DNA of 64,000 nucleotides from Candidatus Magasanikiibacteriota bacterium (GCA_016193335.1 JACPSK010000003.1:23739-87738); one strand, 5' to 3'. Counted from the first letter of the stretch, positions 8,859 through 19,339 are shown. Made by a program: numbers and translations. Notes: generated by a model from the sequence alone, not told the origin.

Positions 8859-9587
8859 ATGCAAAAACATAGTACGGTGCCGTCCCATAGATCAAATGAA
8901 ATTGCTCTTAATGAGCGAAAGCATAAGCTTTTGGGTCTTGTTATAGACCAGTATATTGAAACTACTCAGCCGGTAGGCTCCAAACTTCTCTCAGGAGAAG
9001 CTGAGGTGGATTTGAGCGCGGCTACCATTAGAAATGAGATGCGGGAGCTTGAAGAAGCCGGTTTGTTGGTTCAGCCTCATACTTCGGCAGGACGAGTCCC
9101 AACAGACAAAGGGTATAAATACTATGTTGAGCATATTTTGGAAAAAACCGAGCTTCCGGCAGTTCAGAGAAAGGCTATCAGACATATTGCCGATAAAATT
9201 ACCGATAGAAAAGACCGTTTTAAGCGCATGGGCCACTATGTGGCAGAAGAAGTTCAGTCTGCCGTAATAATTGCCTTCAATCGTGATACATTGTATTATA
9301 CCGGAATTGCGCATTTATTTGGTCAGCCAGAATTTAGAGATTATGCTTTTACTCTGAGCATGTCATCCATGTTCGACCATTGTGAACATACGGTAGATAG
9401 TCTTTATGAAATGCCGAAAGACCAAGAGCCCAGGGTCTTGATAGGTCATGAAAATCCTTTCGGAGATAATTGCGGCGCGGTGAGTATTTTTTGTCCTCAG
9501 CAGACGCTATTCGCCATCCTCGGACCTTTGCGCATGAAATATCGCAGAGGTTTGGAGCTTTTACGATACATACAAGAAATTATTTGA
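8859..9587 (+). CDS. hrcA: Heat-inducible transcription repressor HrcA (short form)
   Basis: Motifs YIETTQPVGSK, SAATIRNEM..LEE.G.L.QPHTSAGRVPTDKGY, ILGPLRMKY; CIRCE upstream. Confidence 0.93.
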   Translation: MQKHSTVPSHRSNEIALNERKHKLLGLVIDQYIETTQPVGSKLLSGEAEVDLSAATIRNEMRELEEAGLLVQPHTSAGRVPTDKGYKYYVEHILEKTELPAVQRKAIRHIADKITDRKDRFKRMGHYVAEEVQSAVIIAFNRDTLYYTGIAHLFGQPEFRDYAFTLSMSSMFDHCEHTVDSLYEMPKDQEPRVLIGHENPFGDNCGAVSIFCPQQTLFAILGPLRMKYRRGLELLRYIQEII

Positions 9588-9589
9588 TT

Positions 9590-10150
9590 ATGTCGGAAGA
9601 CACACAAAAAGAAATAAACAATGATCCTCAAAACTTGGTTCCTCCCTTGAGCCATAATCAAGAACCAGCCGATCAATGCGCGTCTCATATTTCTCAAATT
9701 GAAGAATACAAAGCCGGTTGGCAACGCGCTCAAGCTGATTATAAAAATTTGCAGTCTGAAATTGAAAAGAATAAATCCGAACTGGTTCGCTGGAGCGAAC
9801 GACATATCTTAGAAGAGTTTATCCCGGTCTATGATAATTTTAAAAAAGCTTTCAGAAGCAGAGACCAACATGCGCACGAAGAAGCCAAAGACAAGAGCAC
9901 GGCCTGTGCTAATTGGGTGGAAGGAATTCGTTTTATCATGAAGCAGTTTGGCGATATTTTGAAACAGCATGAGGTTGAGGAGATTCCCACGCTTGGCCAG
10001 ATTTTTGACCCAAGGTTCCATGAAGCTGTGGGAGAAGCGATATCCGAGGAGCAAGAAGACGGAATGATTACCCAAGAGATAGAAGGCGGTTATTGCATGA
10101 AAGGGAAAGTGCTAAGAGTGGCAAAAGTAGTAGTATCCAAAAAAACATAA
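9590..10150 (+). CDS. grpE: Nucleotide exchange factor GrpE
   Basis: Motifs WQRAQADYKN, IPVYDNF, FDPRFHEAV, GY..KGKVLRVAKVVV; operon context. Confidence 0.95.
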   Translation: MSEDTQKEINNDPQNLVPPLSHNQEPADQCASHISQIEEYKAGWQRAQADYKNLQSEIEKNKSELVRWSERHILEEFIPVYDNFKKAFRSRDQHAHEEAKDKSTACANWVEGIRFIMKQFGDILKQHEVEEIPTLGQIFDPRFHEAVGEAISEEQEDGMITQEIEGGYCMKGKVLRVAKVVVSKKT

Positions 10151-10247
10151 TCAAATTTATTATTTAAAGATTCGATCTCATACATATATATTGCTTTTAT
10201 CACCACGGTGAGGCCGGGCGGCCTGCTTGTGGGCGGAGGAACATAAT

Positions 10248-10694
10248 ATGTCATTAATTCGTTGGTCTCCTGCGTGGGATTCCTTGGCTGAAATGGAAGA
10301 ACTTATGAGCAGATTGCCGTCTGTACAAGGTCAAGGCGCCATGCAAAAAGGATTTATTCCCGCCATGGATGTCTACGAAACTCAAGATGCCGTTATAGTG
10401 GAAACGCCTCTTGCCGGAGTTCGCCCCGAAGACGTGGAGCTTAGCGTGGAACGGGGCGTCTTGACGGTTCAAGGCCGGAGTAACAAAGAGCACGAAGTAG
10501 AAGAAAAAAATTATTATAGAAAGGAAATGAGAAGCGGATCTTTTTTCAGACAGGTGGCTCTGCCTGTCCCGGTTAAGGAAGATAAAGTGAGCGCGGAATT
10601 TCAAGATGGTGTTTTAAAAATTACCTGTCCGAAAACAGCGCCTTTGAAAGCTCATAAAATAAACATACAGGTAAAAAAAGCAAAATCTAATTGA
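10248..10694 (+). CDS. Hsp20/alpha-crystallin small heat-shock protein
   Basis: PAMDVYET...LAGV.PEDVEL...E.RSGSFFRQVALP...AEFQDGVLKI; SD GGAGGA. Confidence 0.95.
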   Translation: MSLIRWSPAWDSLAEMEELMSRLPSVQGQGAMQKGFIPAMDVYETQDAVIVETPLAGVRPEDVELSVERGVLTVQGRSNKEHEVEEKNYYRKEMRSGSFFRQVALPVPVKEDKVSAEFQDGVLKITCPKTAPLKAHKINIQVKKAKSN

Positions 10695-10775
10695 ATCTCC
10701 AAGCATCTCGGCTGAAGGTTCCAGCCGAGTTTTGGAAGATTAATTATCATAATTAAATTGCTTTATCACACGCGT

Positions 10776-12725
10776 ATGGGTAAAATTTTAGGAATTGATT
10801 TGGGCACTACAAATTCTTGCATGGCCGTAACCGAGGGAGGACAGCCTCGGGTATTGGAGAATAAGGAAGGGCATAGGACCACTCCTTCAGTGGTGGCGCT
10901 TTCAAAGACAGGGGAGCGTCTTGTCGGCCAGCTTGCCAAACGTCAAGCTGTTACCAATCCGACAAATACCTTGTATTCCATTAAACGTCTGATGGGACGT
11001 CGTTTTTCGGATCCAGAAATTTCTTTGGTCCAGAAACACGCGCCTTTTCAGATTGTGCAAGATGGTGAACGCCCTAAAGTAAAAATGGGTGATAAAACCT
11101 ACACAGCTCAGGAAATAAGCGCCATGGTTTTGCAGAAATTAAAAGCAGATGCCGAAGAAAAAATCGGTGAGAGTATCAGCGAAGCTGTCATTACGGTTCC
11201 GGCTTATTTTGACGACTCCCAGCGCCAGGCCACTAAGGACGCCGGAGAGATCGCCGGTTTGAAGGTTTTGCGTATTATCAATGAACCAACTGCCGCGGCT
11301 TTTGCCTATGGTTTTGATAAGAAAAATAATCAAAAGATAGCCGTGTACGATTTGGGAGGAGGAACTTTTGACATATCTATCTTGGAAATATCGCATGACG
11401 CTGAAGAAGGAAATTCTACGGTTGAAGTTCTCGCGACAAACGGGGACACGCATCTCGGCGGTGACGATTTCGATCAAGCGCTTATTCGCTGGATTCTGGA
11501 TGAGTTCAAGCGCGAACACGGCATAGATTTGGCCAATGATCCGCTTTCCCTGCAACGCGTAAAAGACGCGGCTGAAAAAGCAAAGATAGAACTTTCAAGC
11601 ACTTCGGAAACCGACATAAATGAGCCTTTTATAACCGCCGGCGTTGATGGACCCAAACATTTGAACATAAAGCTGAGCAGAGCAAAACTGGAAGATTTGG
11701 TTAGCGAGCTCGTGGACCGCACCATGTTGCCTTCGCGGAAGGCTTTGGAAGACGCGGGCGTTCAAAAAACAGACATACAAGAAGTTCTTTTGGTGGGTGG
11801 CATGACAAGGATGCCGCTGGTGCAAAAGAAAGTTGAAGAATTTTTTGGCAAGAAACCAAATGCCACGGTTAATCCGGATGAAGTGGTGGCAGTGGGCGCG
11901 GCTATTCAGGCCGGACAGCTTCAAGGAGACTTGGGCAAAGAGATTTTGCTTCTTGACGTGACTCCCTTATCCCTTGGCATCGAGACCATGGGAGGCGTAT
12001 GCACCAAGATTATTGAACGCAATACCACCATACCAACCAGCAAGAGCCAAACATTCTCAACGGCGGCAGACAGCCAACCGAGTGTTGAAATTCATGTTCT
12101 TCAAGGCGAACGCGAGATGTCTGGAGACAATAAAACCCTGGGCCGTTTTCATTTGGATGGTATACCGCCGTCCCCTCGCGGAGTCCCTCAGATAGAAGTC
12201 ACCTTTGACATAGACGCCAACGGTATTTTGAACGTATCAGCGAAAGATAAGGGCACAAACAGACAACAGTCCATACGTATAGAAGCTTCTTCCGGTTTAA
12301 ATGACGAAGAAATAGAAAAGATGAAAAAAGACGCGGAACTTCACGCTGAAGAAGATAAAAAGAAAAGGGAATTGGTAGAGGTAAAAAATGCCGCTGACAC
12401 AATGATATATACGGCGGAGAAGATGATGAAAGACGTGGAAGATAAAAAGCTTGAAATAAGCAAAGAGGAGCGGGAAAAAGTTGAAGAATCAATAAAGAAT
12501 CTTAAAGAGGCCAAAGAGAAGGATGATGCTGAGGCCATTAAGAAAGCTTCCGAGACTTTGTCCGGAGCCGCTCAAACCGTTGGCATGAAACTCTATCAAA
12601 AGGAACAAGCTTCTGCTTCTTCGCAAGAACCTGGCTCTCCTCACGACGCTCCCAAAGACCAGAAAGATCAAAAAGATGAAGGTCCCATTGAGGGAGAAGT
12701 GCTTGATGATTCAAAAACTTCTTGA
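10776..12725 (+). CDS. dnaK: Chaperone DnaK
   Basis: Motifs [37 protein letters not shown]. Confidence 0.99.
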   Translation: MGKILGIDLGTTNSCMAVTEGGQPRVLENKEGHRTTPSVVALSKTGERLVGQLAKRQAVTNPTNTLYSIKRLMGRRFSDPEISLVQKHAPFQIVQDGERPKVKMGDKTYTAQEISAMVLQKLKADAEEKIGESISEAVITVPAYFDDSQRQATKDAGEIAGLKVLRIINEPTAAAFAYGFDKKNNQKIAVYDLGGGTFDISILEISHDAEEGNSTVEVLATNGDTHLGGDDFDQALIRWILDEFKREHGIDLANDPLSLQRVKDAAEKAKIELSSTSETDINEPFITAGVDGPKHLNIKLSRAKLEDLVSELVDRTMLPSRKALEDAGVQKTDIQEVLLVGGMTRMPLVQKKVEEFFGKKPNATVNPDEVVAVGAAIQAGQLQGDLGKEILLLDVTPLSLGIETMGGVCTKIIERNTTIPTSKSQTFSTAADSQPSVEIHVLQGEREMSGDNKTLGRFHLDGIPPSPRGVPQIEVTFDIDANGILNVSAKDKGTNRQQSIRIEASSGLNDEEIEKMKKDAELHAEEDKKKRELVEVKNAADTMIYTAEKMMKDVEDKKLEISKEEREKVEESIKNLKEAKEKDDAEAIKKASETLSGAAQTVGMKLYQKEQASASSQEPGSPHDAPKDQKDQKDEGPIEGEVLDDSKTS

Positions 12726-12789
12726 TTTTTTTGTTTTTTTCAGTGATTTTTATTCAAGGTCGGAATGTTTCGGCCTTTAGCGATTATCT

Positions 12790-13422
12790 GTGCCGGATCC
12801 ATTCAATAATTTATCTGCTCTTGAGAAACGATTGGGTATTTCCCCTCAAGAGAATTCAGAATTAAATGGGTCTCGCGTACTCAAAGCTTATGAGTTCGCC
12901 AAACTCGCGCATGGAGATCAAAAGCGGGATGAAGGGACCGCCTATGTGATACATCCCCTCCGAGTAGCCCTGATTTTACTTGATGATATATGCGTAGCTG
13001 ATGAAGTCATGGTTATGGCCGCCCTCCTCCATGATGTGGTTGAAGATACTACAAAGGGCATCCAAGAAATCAAAGACTCTTTTGGCGACTCTGTGTCAGA
13101 TTTGGTGCAGGCTCTTACGCGGGTTCGCGTATACCCGGAGTCTGAACCTCACAAGTTTGCGCGCAAAGGGGACATGTTTGATTGGTATATTCATGAAGCT
13201 TCAGAAAAGGTGCGTCTGATAAAGTGCGCTGACATATTGGATAATATGCGAAGCTGGGCCTATATTCCAGATGGACACAATTCGGAAAAAAAATTCAGAC
13301 GATGGATGCGGGAAGCAGAGCTTTATTATATGCCTTTGGCAAAATTGACTCATCCGTTTTTCGCTCATGAGATTGCCGCTTTGGTAGAAAAGTACCGCGA
13401 AGAGAAACGTTTTGCGGCTTGA
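12790..13422 (+). CDS. RelA/SpoT-type HD hydrolase (small alarmone hydrolase / Mesh1-like)
   Basis: Motifs AH.DQKR..G..YVIHP, AALLHDVVEDT, V.ALT, IK.AD..DN; no synthetase domain. Confidence 0.85.
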   Translation: MPDPFNNLSALEKRLGISPQENSELNGSRVLKAYEFAKLAHGDQKRDEGTAYVIHPLRVALILLDDICVADEVMVMAALLHDVVEDTTKGIQEIKDSFGDSVSDLVQALTRVRVYPESEPHKFARKGDMFDWYIHEASEKVRLIKCADILDNMRSWAYIPDGHNSEKKFRRWMREAELYYMPLAKLTHPFFAHEIAALVEKYREEKRFAA

Positions 13423-13482
13423 GTCTTCATAAAAAAATTCTCTGATCTGTCAACATTTTAATGGCCTATCACATAGTGAGTT

Positions 13483-14391
13483 ATGAAAAAGATATTTATT
13501 GGAGTCCTTTTGTTTGCTGTCTTGGCAGTGGGATACTGGCTTATTTCTCCCTTATTTATTGATGTACGGGTGAATGAAGCATTTCCATCAGAAATTTCCG
13601 GAGAAATAAAAACACTGAGTAAAGAAGTGCTGAGAGACGATAGAGCAGCCTTTGTGGCAGACATGAATAAGATGGCCATGGAGGAACATGTTATGAACGA
13701 GGCCATGCCTCTCACTTCAGAGCCGAGGCTTTTGGCTGTTGGCAATTTTGAAAGTGTGGCGCATCGCGGATTTGGCACAGCCAAGCTTTTTGAAGTTCCC
13801 GGAGGGGATATTTATCTTCGTTTTGAAAATTTTGAAGTTTTGAACGGGCCAGATCTCCGTGTTTTTCTTTCAAAGAGCAGGGAAGTGAATTCTGCTGCCG
13901 ATCTCGGAGAAGATGCTTTTGAGTTGGGTTCTCTGAAGGGAAATAAAGGCGACCAAAATTATGTCATTGACGCCAAAACGGCTCAGACTGAGATTGACAT
14001 TACTGAATATCATTCAGTCATAATATATTGTAAGCCCTTTAAGGTTGTATTCAATTCAGCTTTTTTGGATTTTGACGCGGAAGAATTGATTGAATTCGGG
14101 TCCAGAGAGCAAACAGCTTCAAAAGCTGATCTGAGCGGTGGTTGGCTCATGGTCTCGAGCGAGACTTTGTCTTGGGACAGTATTATTCTTAATGAAGACG
14201 GAACTTATTTTTCGCATCTCAAGGAACGCCCCTTTGACACAGGTACTTGGGACTATTCTGACGACATTCTTGAACTCAAATCGGACGCGGGTTTGAGTAT
14301 GAATCTGAGTTTTTCGGATCTCACGCTTAAAGAAAATAAATTGGAACTTGAGCAAAATGGATTACAGACCGTATGGAATAAGGTAGAGTGA
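13483..14391 (+). CDS. Membrane-anchored DM13 domain protein with an extra C-terminal beta domain
   Basis: N-terminal TM; G.F....H.G.G.A, LRFENF...NGPDL.V.LS, LG.LKGNKGDQNY, V.IYC..F DM13 pattern. Confidence 0.82.
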   Translation: MKKIFIGVLLFAVLAVGYWLISPLFIDVRVNEAFPSEISGEIKTLSKEVLRDDRAAFVADMNKMAMEEHVMNEAMPLTSEPRLLAVGNFESVAHRGFGTAKLFEVPGGDIYLRFENFEVLNGPDLRVFLSKSREVNSAADLGEDAFELGSLKGNKGDQNYVIDAKTAQTEIDITEYHSVIIYCKPFKVVFNSAFLDFDAEELIEFGSREQTASKADLSGGWLMVSSETLSWDSIILNEDGTYFSHLKERPFDTGTWDYSDDILELKSDAGLSMNLSFSDLTLKENKLELEQNGLQTVWNKVE

Positions 14392-14417
14392 GCCATTAAT
14401 CAGTTTTTAAGAATCGC

Positions 14418-15518
14418 ATGTCAAAAGATTATTATCACCTGTTAGGGCTTGAGAAAAATGCTTCACCAGAGGAAATAAAAAAGGCTTTTCGCAAGCTTGC
14501 CCATAAGTATCATCCTGACAAGAAGGGGGGAGATGAAAAAAAGTTTAAAGAAATAAACGAAGCTTTTCAGGTTCTTGGCGATGAAGCGAAGCGCAAGCAA
14601 TATGATCAGTTTGGGGCTGATTTTGAACAGCAGGGCGGATTTGGCGGCGGCATGGGCTGGGAAGATTTTATGCGCGCGGCTCGCAGCCAGTCTGGTGCCG
14701 GTGGATTTCAGAGCAGTTTTGGAGGCAAGGACTTGAATGATTTGTTTGGAGATTTATTTGGGTTCGGTTCTTCTCAGTCTTCTTCTCAAAGTAGACGGGG
14801 TAATGACGTGCAAGTGGACATTGAGCTTTCTTTTGAAGACGCTGTATTTGGGGTAGAGCGCGAAATACGTCTTACAAAAAACAATGCGTGCGCCGTATGC
14901 AATGGTACCGGGGCTGAGCCGGGCAGCTCTATGAAGACCTGTGATACCTGCCGTGGACAGGGACAGGTGAGAAGAGTTCAACAGACCATGTTTGGCTCCA
15001 TGCAGTCAGTTGGCCTTTGTCATGATTGTCAGGGCAGGGGAACTTTGCCAAAAATTTTATGCAAACATTGCGGCGGGGTTGGTATGAAGAGAAGCGAATC
15101 TCTATACAACGTGAGAATTCCGGCAGGTATAGACCAAGGAGGAATGATAAGGCTCCAGGGCAAGGGAGAGAGCGCGGGCGCCGGCAGTCTTGTTGGAGAT
15201 CTCTATATTCGAGTTTTGCTCCGGCCTAAGAAGGGTTTTGAACGCAGAGGTTTTGACATATATACAGAAGCCCATCTTAGCTATCCCCAAGCGGCTCTTG
15301 GTGACAGCATCGCGATAGAAACCTTGGATGGAGTAAAAAAACTTGTTATACCAGCAGGCACGCAAGCGCGTCAAGAATTCAGGCTAAAAGGGTTGGGAGT
15401 ACCACATCTCAATAGGAACGGCAGAGGGGATCAGTATATAACTGTATTGGTGGACGTGCCAAAACGTTTGAGCAGAAAGGCAAAAAATTTGTTGGAGGAT
15501 TTAAAAGAAGAATTATAA
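14418..15518 (+). CDS. dnaJ: Chaperone DnaJ
   Basis: J-domain with HPD, G/F region, four CxxCxGxG repeats. Confidence 0.98.
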   Translation: MSKDYYHLLGLEKNASPEEIKKAFRKLAHKYHPDKKGGDEKKFKEINEAFQVLGDEAKRKQYDQFGADFEQQGGFGGGMGWEDFMRAARSQSGAGGFQSSFGGKDLNDLFGDLFGFGSSQSSSQSRRGNDVQVDIELSFEDAVFGVEREIRLTKNNACAVCNGTGAEPGSSMKTCDTCRGQGQVRRVQQTMFGSMQSVGLCHDCQGRGTLPKILCKHCGGVGMKRSESLYNVRIPAGIDQGGMIRLQGKGESAGAGSLVGDLYIRVLLRPKKGFERRGFDIYTEAHLSYPQAALGDSIAIETLDGVKKLVIPAGTQARQEFRLKGLGVPHLNRNGRGDQYITVLVDVPKRLSRKAKNLLEDLKEEL

Positions 15519-15520
15519 AG

Positions 15521-15928
15521 TTAATCGTTTGTGCGTAGACTCCATTTGGTGAAAGCAGCCATTTCTTCCAGCATTTTTTTGAGGAGTCCTATCATAAGAT
15601 CTTGGCCGCGCATGAGATCATCAAAATAGTCTAGCTTCTTAAGGCGTTCTTTGATATCCACTATATCTGCATCGTGTTCAATAAGTTTTACCAAGACTCT
15701 GTCTTGTGTAGTCTCAATTTGCTTAATGTCTTTTTTCAATTCTGTCTCTACTTTTTCGATTTTTCTTTGAAGTCCTGTCTCCACTCTTTGTATTTTTTCT
15801 CCCAATTCGGTCTCAGCCCTTTGTATATCTTTCTTTACTTGGTTGATATCAGATTTCATAAGGGCGCCCAATTCATTGAGGTCTGATTTGAAAATGGCAG
15901 TACCTTTCGTTTTTTCCTCCTTTGCCAT
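15521..15928 (-). CDS. Hypothetical coiled-coil protein with 11-aa tandem repeats
   Basis: KKDIQRAETEL/GEKIQRVETGL/QRKIEKVETEL/KKDIKQIET repeats; upstream TTGACC-N17-TATACT at 15989-15961. Confidence 0.7.
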   Translation of the reverse strand: MAKEEKTKGTAIFKSDLNELGALMKSDINQVKKDIQRAETELGEKIQRVETGLQRKIEKVETELKKDIKQIETTQDRVLVKLIEHDADIVDIKERLKKLDYFDDLMRGQDLMIGLLKKMLEEMAAFTKWSLRTND

Positions 15929-16086
15929 AGATATTTTTTACTTATGTTAAGTCTGCTTCGAGTATACTCAGCTCTTTTTTGTCGGTCAAGAGATTACATT
16001 AATTTTTTCTAAAATGAAATTTTTAGAAGTCTGTTAACTAGCAAGGACAGTGCGTTTTTTCACTCTTCTGGCTTCAAAACTACCCT

Positions 16087-16515
16087 CTATGGAGCATTTT
16101 GGGAAAGGATCTCTTCAAGATCGCCATTGATGACACGGGGTTTCATGGCAATAATTTCGGTTTCATAGTAGGGCATTTTTGGGATTTGGTATAAAAGGTA
16201 TATTGGTTTATTGAGTATATAAGCAAAACCCATTTCGAGAAAGCTGTTTCCTCCTACATATCCGGGGATTCCATGTTTTTCATAATTTAAAATCAATACG
16301 ACGTCGGATTTTTGTATCAATTTCCAATGTTCGCGGATGGCGTCTTGTTCGTATTTTTGTTTTAATTTCAAAATCTCTTTTTCTTCATCGGTGAGTCCCA
16401 CGAATTCTTTTGAAAATGTGGAAGGGTAGGCTTTGTGTCCGCGCGTTTTGAACCACTCGGCTACTTCTATGGCGCGTTCGGCGTACTGCATGGAGTGGCA
16501 TAAGGTGATGATCAT
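16087..16515 (-). CDS. Nucleoside 2-deoxyribosyltransferase-like fold protein
   Basis: I..SD.VLILN....G..GY.G...F.EMGFA....KPIY pattern of the NDT-like superfamily. Confidence 0.65.
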   Translation of the reverse strand: MIITLCHSMQYAERAIEVAEWFKTRGHKAYPSTFSKEFVGLTDEEKEILKLKQKYEQDAIREHWKLIQKSDVVLILNYEKHGIPGYVGGNSFLEMGFAYILNKPIYLLYQIPKMPYYETEIIAMKPRVINGDLEEILSQNAP

Positions 16516-16536
16516 AATAGCATTCGACCGTTTTTA

Positions 16537-16830
16537 CTAAAAATCGGTCGAAGGAGGCGCGACTGTTGTTTTGTTTTTGTCTTTGTAAATAAGCCTTTGA
16601 ATGCATAAGGTGAGCCAGAGCGTGCCGGTAAGAAATGTGATGACAGAGGAAAAATACAGACGCAGCGTTATATAGGTGAAAGACATTGTATAGAGACCAA
16701 TGAAGGTTGGGATAGAAGTTTGGTATGAAATTGGTCCTGTTTTCGTCTTAAAACCGGACCAGATTTGCGGTATGAGCGCCGCAGAAAACACGATGGTGAC
16801 GCTCATAATGACTAGGTCTTGCCAGGGCAT
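16537..16830 (-). CDS. PQ-loop / SemiSWEET-like small membrane protein
   Basis: Three TM helices with ALIPQI...FKTK...IS motif. Confidence 0.7.
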   Translation of the reverse strand: MPWQDLVIMSVTIVFSAALIPQIWSGFKTKTGPISYQTSIPTFIGLYTMSFTYITLRLYFSSVITFLTGTLWLTLCIQRLIYKDKNKTTVAPPSTDF

Positions 16831-16848
16831 AGTATGTCTGTAAGGTAA

Positions 16849-17250
16849 TTATATGTTTTGATCCAAGGTTTTATTGACTTCGGCATCAGCCTCTTTATTT
16901 TTCGCGCGTAGCACATGCAGGATACGCACTTTCTTAAATTTTTGCATCTCATTCCATGCTTGGATAAATAGTTTTTGAAGATTCGGCTCTTTTACTTTCC
17001 ATCGGCGGTTGAGCTGTTCACATACGAGTTTACTGTCTACCATAAGCTCAACTTCGTCAGCACCAAATTCCCGTGCTTTTTTGAATGCTGAGATCGCGGC
17101 AGAGTACTCGGCGAAGTTGTTTGTTTGCGGGCCCAAATATTCCCCATAGTTGGCGATTATTTTTCCTTCTGCATTTTTTATGACCACACCGGTGGCCGCT
17201 GGTCCGGGATTCCCCCGCGCGCCGCCGTCGGTGTACAAAGAAAGTTTCAT
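16849..17250 (-). CDS. rnhA: Ribonuclease HI family protein
   Basis: Motifs YTDGGARGNPGP, TNN.AEY, DSKLV, HV.R..N.EAD. Confidence 0.93.
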   Translation of the reverse strand: MKLSLYTDGGARGNPGPAATGVVIKNAEGKIIANYGEYLGPQTNNFAEYSAAISAFKKAREFGADEVELMVDSKLVCEQLNRRWKVKEPNLQKLFIQAWNEMQKFKKVRILHVLRAKNKEADAEVNKTLDQNI

Positions 17251-17286
17251 AGAATGAATTTAGTAGAGCCGGACTCTCGTTTAGGT

Positions 17287-19065
17287 CTATCCCGTCTTTC
17301 GCAAATCCACGATCGTCAGTTGCAATTCTCGATTCCCATTCCATTCATTTATACCTACCTCAAATACCATATCAATTTTTTCACCGGGCTTCAACTCTTT
17401 TGACCAGTCTTTTCCGTCTCCCGCGTTTTCATTGCACAGATGCCATCCTATGGTTTTTCGGATCACCTGAGAATTGTGTTTCACCAGAATACGTAAGTGT
17501 TTGCTGTCTTTGCCGATTGGTTCCAACCGATGTACGGTAAGTCCTTCTGCCAAGTATTTTGGTTCAGGATTGCCCATTCCAAAAGGTTTGAAGTCTTTGA
17601 GAATATCATAAAATTCCCATGTCACTTCTTCCAAACTGATTTTCGCGTCTATATCAAGTCGCGGGCCTTTGTCGGTGTTTTTTGTTTCTTCCGTGGATAA
17701 AGCCGTTAAGCGTTTTTTGAATATGTCGAGTTTGTTCGGGTCTACAAGGGTAAATCCACAGGCCATCGGGTGGCCTCCGAATTTTCCGAATAATTCCGGC
17801 ATACTTTGGAGCGCTTTGATCATATTGAATTCTTCAATACTCCTGCCAGATCCCATGAGTTCGCCTTTATTATAAGTCATGGCTATTGTTGGTTTTTCGT
17901 AGCGTTCTTTTATTCTGCTCGCGATGAGCCCAACGACGCCGCTCGACCATTCTTTTCCGAGCACAAACAAAACAGGCGATTTTTCTGAATCCATCTTTTT
18001 TACTTGCTCTATCGCTTCTTTTACAAAAAGTTCGGTCATTTCGCGTCGTTCATTATTATTTTGTTCCAGTTCAAAAGCCAAATCAACGGCATCGGTGGCC
18101 TTTTCCGCTACAAAAAGTTTGTATCCGACATTGGCGTGATTCACCCTGCCCGCGGCATTGATTCGGGGCGCGATATGAAAACCTATCGTGTGCGCGTCAA
18201 TTTCGCGTTTTATTTTTCCGTCCCCTTCCATGAGGCCTATTTCCTCAAGAAGTTTGCGCATGCCTACGCGTTTTGCTTTGTTCATTACAATAAGCCCGTA
18301 TTTGGTAAGCGTTCTCGATTCACCGATAAGCGGCACCATGTCCGCCACGCTTGATAGGGCCACCATATCCAGCTGCCATTTTTCAAATCCTTCATGGCTC
18401 TGTCCGTCTGACAAGTTTTCATGAGATTCGGCGTGGTGTTTTAAGAGAGCCTGCATGAGTTTAAAGGCTACGGCGCCCCCGGCCAAGTTTTTGTCCGGAT
18501 AAGGCTCGCCGGGGATTTTGGGATGAATGATCGCAAAAGCTGGAGGCAATTCGACCGGTATGCTATGATGATCGGTTACAATTACATCCATGCCAAGCTC
18601 ACGGGCCCGTTCGATTTCCGGTTTATTGCTGATTCCGCAATCGCAGGTGATAATCAATGTGGTGCCTTGTTTGTGTAGAAGCTCTATCGTATTCATGTTG
18701 AGCCCGTATCCATCGCTTTCTCGATGCGGGAGAAATACGTCGAAGCGTTCATGCCCCAGGGCTTTAAATATCTGATGCAAGATAACCGAACCGGATACGC
18801 CATCGGCGTCGTAGTCTCCGTGTATTGTTATATGTTCCTTCTGCTCGAAAGCCTGGAAAATACGTTCCACCGTCTTTCTCATGTCCTGAAATAAGAAAGG
18901 ATCATGGACGTCTTGAGAATAGTCTGGATTCAAAAATTCATCAATTTGTGATTGAGTTTGGAGGCCTCTGTTATACAAGAGAGCTGCCACGGGTCTTGGC
19001 AGTTCGGGATGTTCTTCGAGGAATACGCGTGGAGGCTCAGGGAGCAGAGTCCAAATTTTTTGCAT
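17287..19065 (-). CDS. recJ: ssDNA exonuclease RecJ
   Basis: Motifs GDYDADG, TCDCG, TDHH, APRINAAGR, GSGRS, GGHPMACG. Confidence 0.97.
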   Translation of the reverse strand: MQKIWTLLPEPPRVFLEEHPELPRPVAALLYNRGLQTQSQIDEFLNPDYSQDVHDPFLFQDMRKTVERIFQAFEQKEHITIHGDYDADGVSGSVILHQIFKALGHERFDVFLPHRESDGYGLNMNTIELLHKQGTTLIITCDCGISNKPEIERARELGMDVIVTDHHSIPVELPPAFAIIHPKIPGEPYPDKNLAGGAVAFKLMQALLKHHAESHENLSDGQSHEGFEKWQLDMVALSSVADMVPLIGESRTLTKYGLIVMNKAKRVGMRKLLEEIGLMEGDGKIKREIDAHTIGFHIAPRINAAGRVNHANVGYKLFVAEKATDAVDLAFELEQNNNERREMTELFVKEAIEQVKKMDSEKSPVLFVLGKEWSSGVVGLIASRIKERYEKPTIAMTYNKGELMGSGRSIEEFNMIKALQSMPELFGKFGGHPMACGFTLVDPNKLDIFKKRLTALSTEETKNTDKGPRLDIDAKISLEEVTWEFYDILKDFKPFGMGNPEPKYLAEGLTVHRLEPIGKDSKHLRILVKHNSQVIRKTIGWHLCNENAGDGKDWSKELKPGEKIDMVFEVGINEWNGNRELQLTIVDLRKTG

Positions 19066-19184
19066 AATGAAAGACAAGATTTAGTCCGCCATTCTTATTC
19101 CGCGACAGACTCATTATTATAGAGAAACAAAGAAAAAGGCTCTTTCTTATCCCAGAGCCTGTTAAAATTTCGTGCTAGGGAATA

Positions 19185-19292
19185 TTAAAATCCCCCATAA
19201 AAAGCCGGAAGCAAAGAAAAAAAGATCATGGCGAATACTCCGATAATCGCGATGACCGTCCAGAGCCTGTGGAATTTTTTGTTATTGTACAT
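19185..19292 (-). CDS. 35-aa single-pass membrane peptide (absent from the ORF track)
   Basis: MYNNKKFHRLWTVIAIIGVFAMIFFSLLPAFYGGF; basic N-terminus plus one TM helix; co-oriented between lepA and recJ. Confidence 0.6.
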   Translation of the reverse strand: MYNNKKFHRLWTVIAIIGVFAMIFFSLLPAFYGGF

Positions 19293-19339
19293 ATAAACAT
19301 GAAGTATAACAAATATAAGGAATTATAACGAATTAAGCT

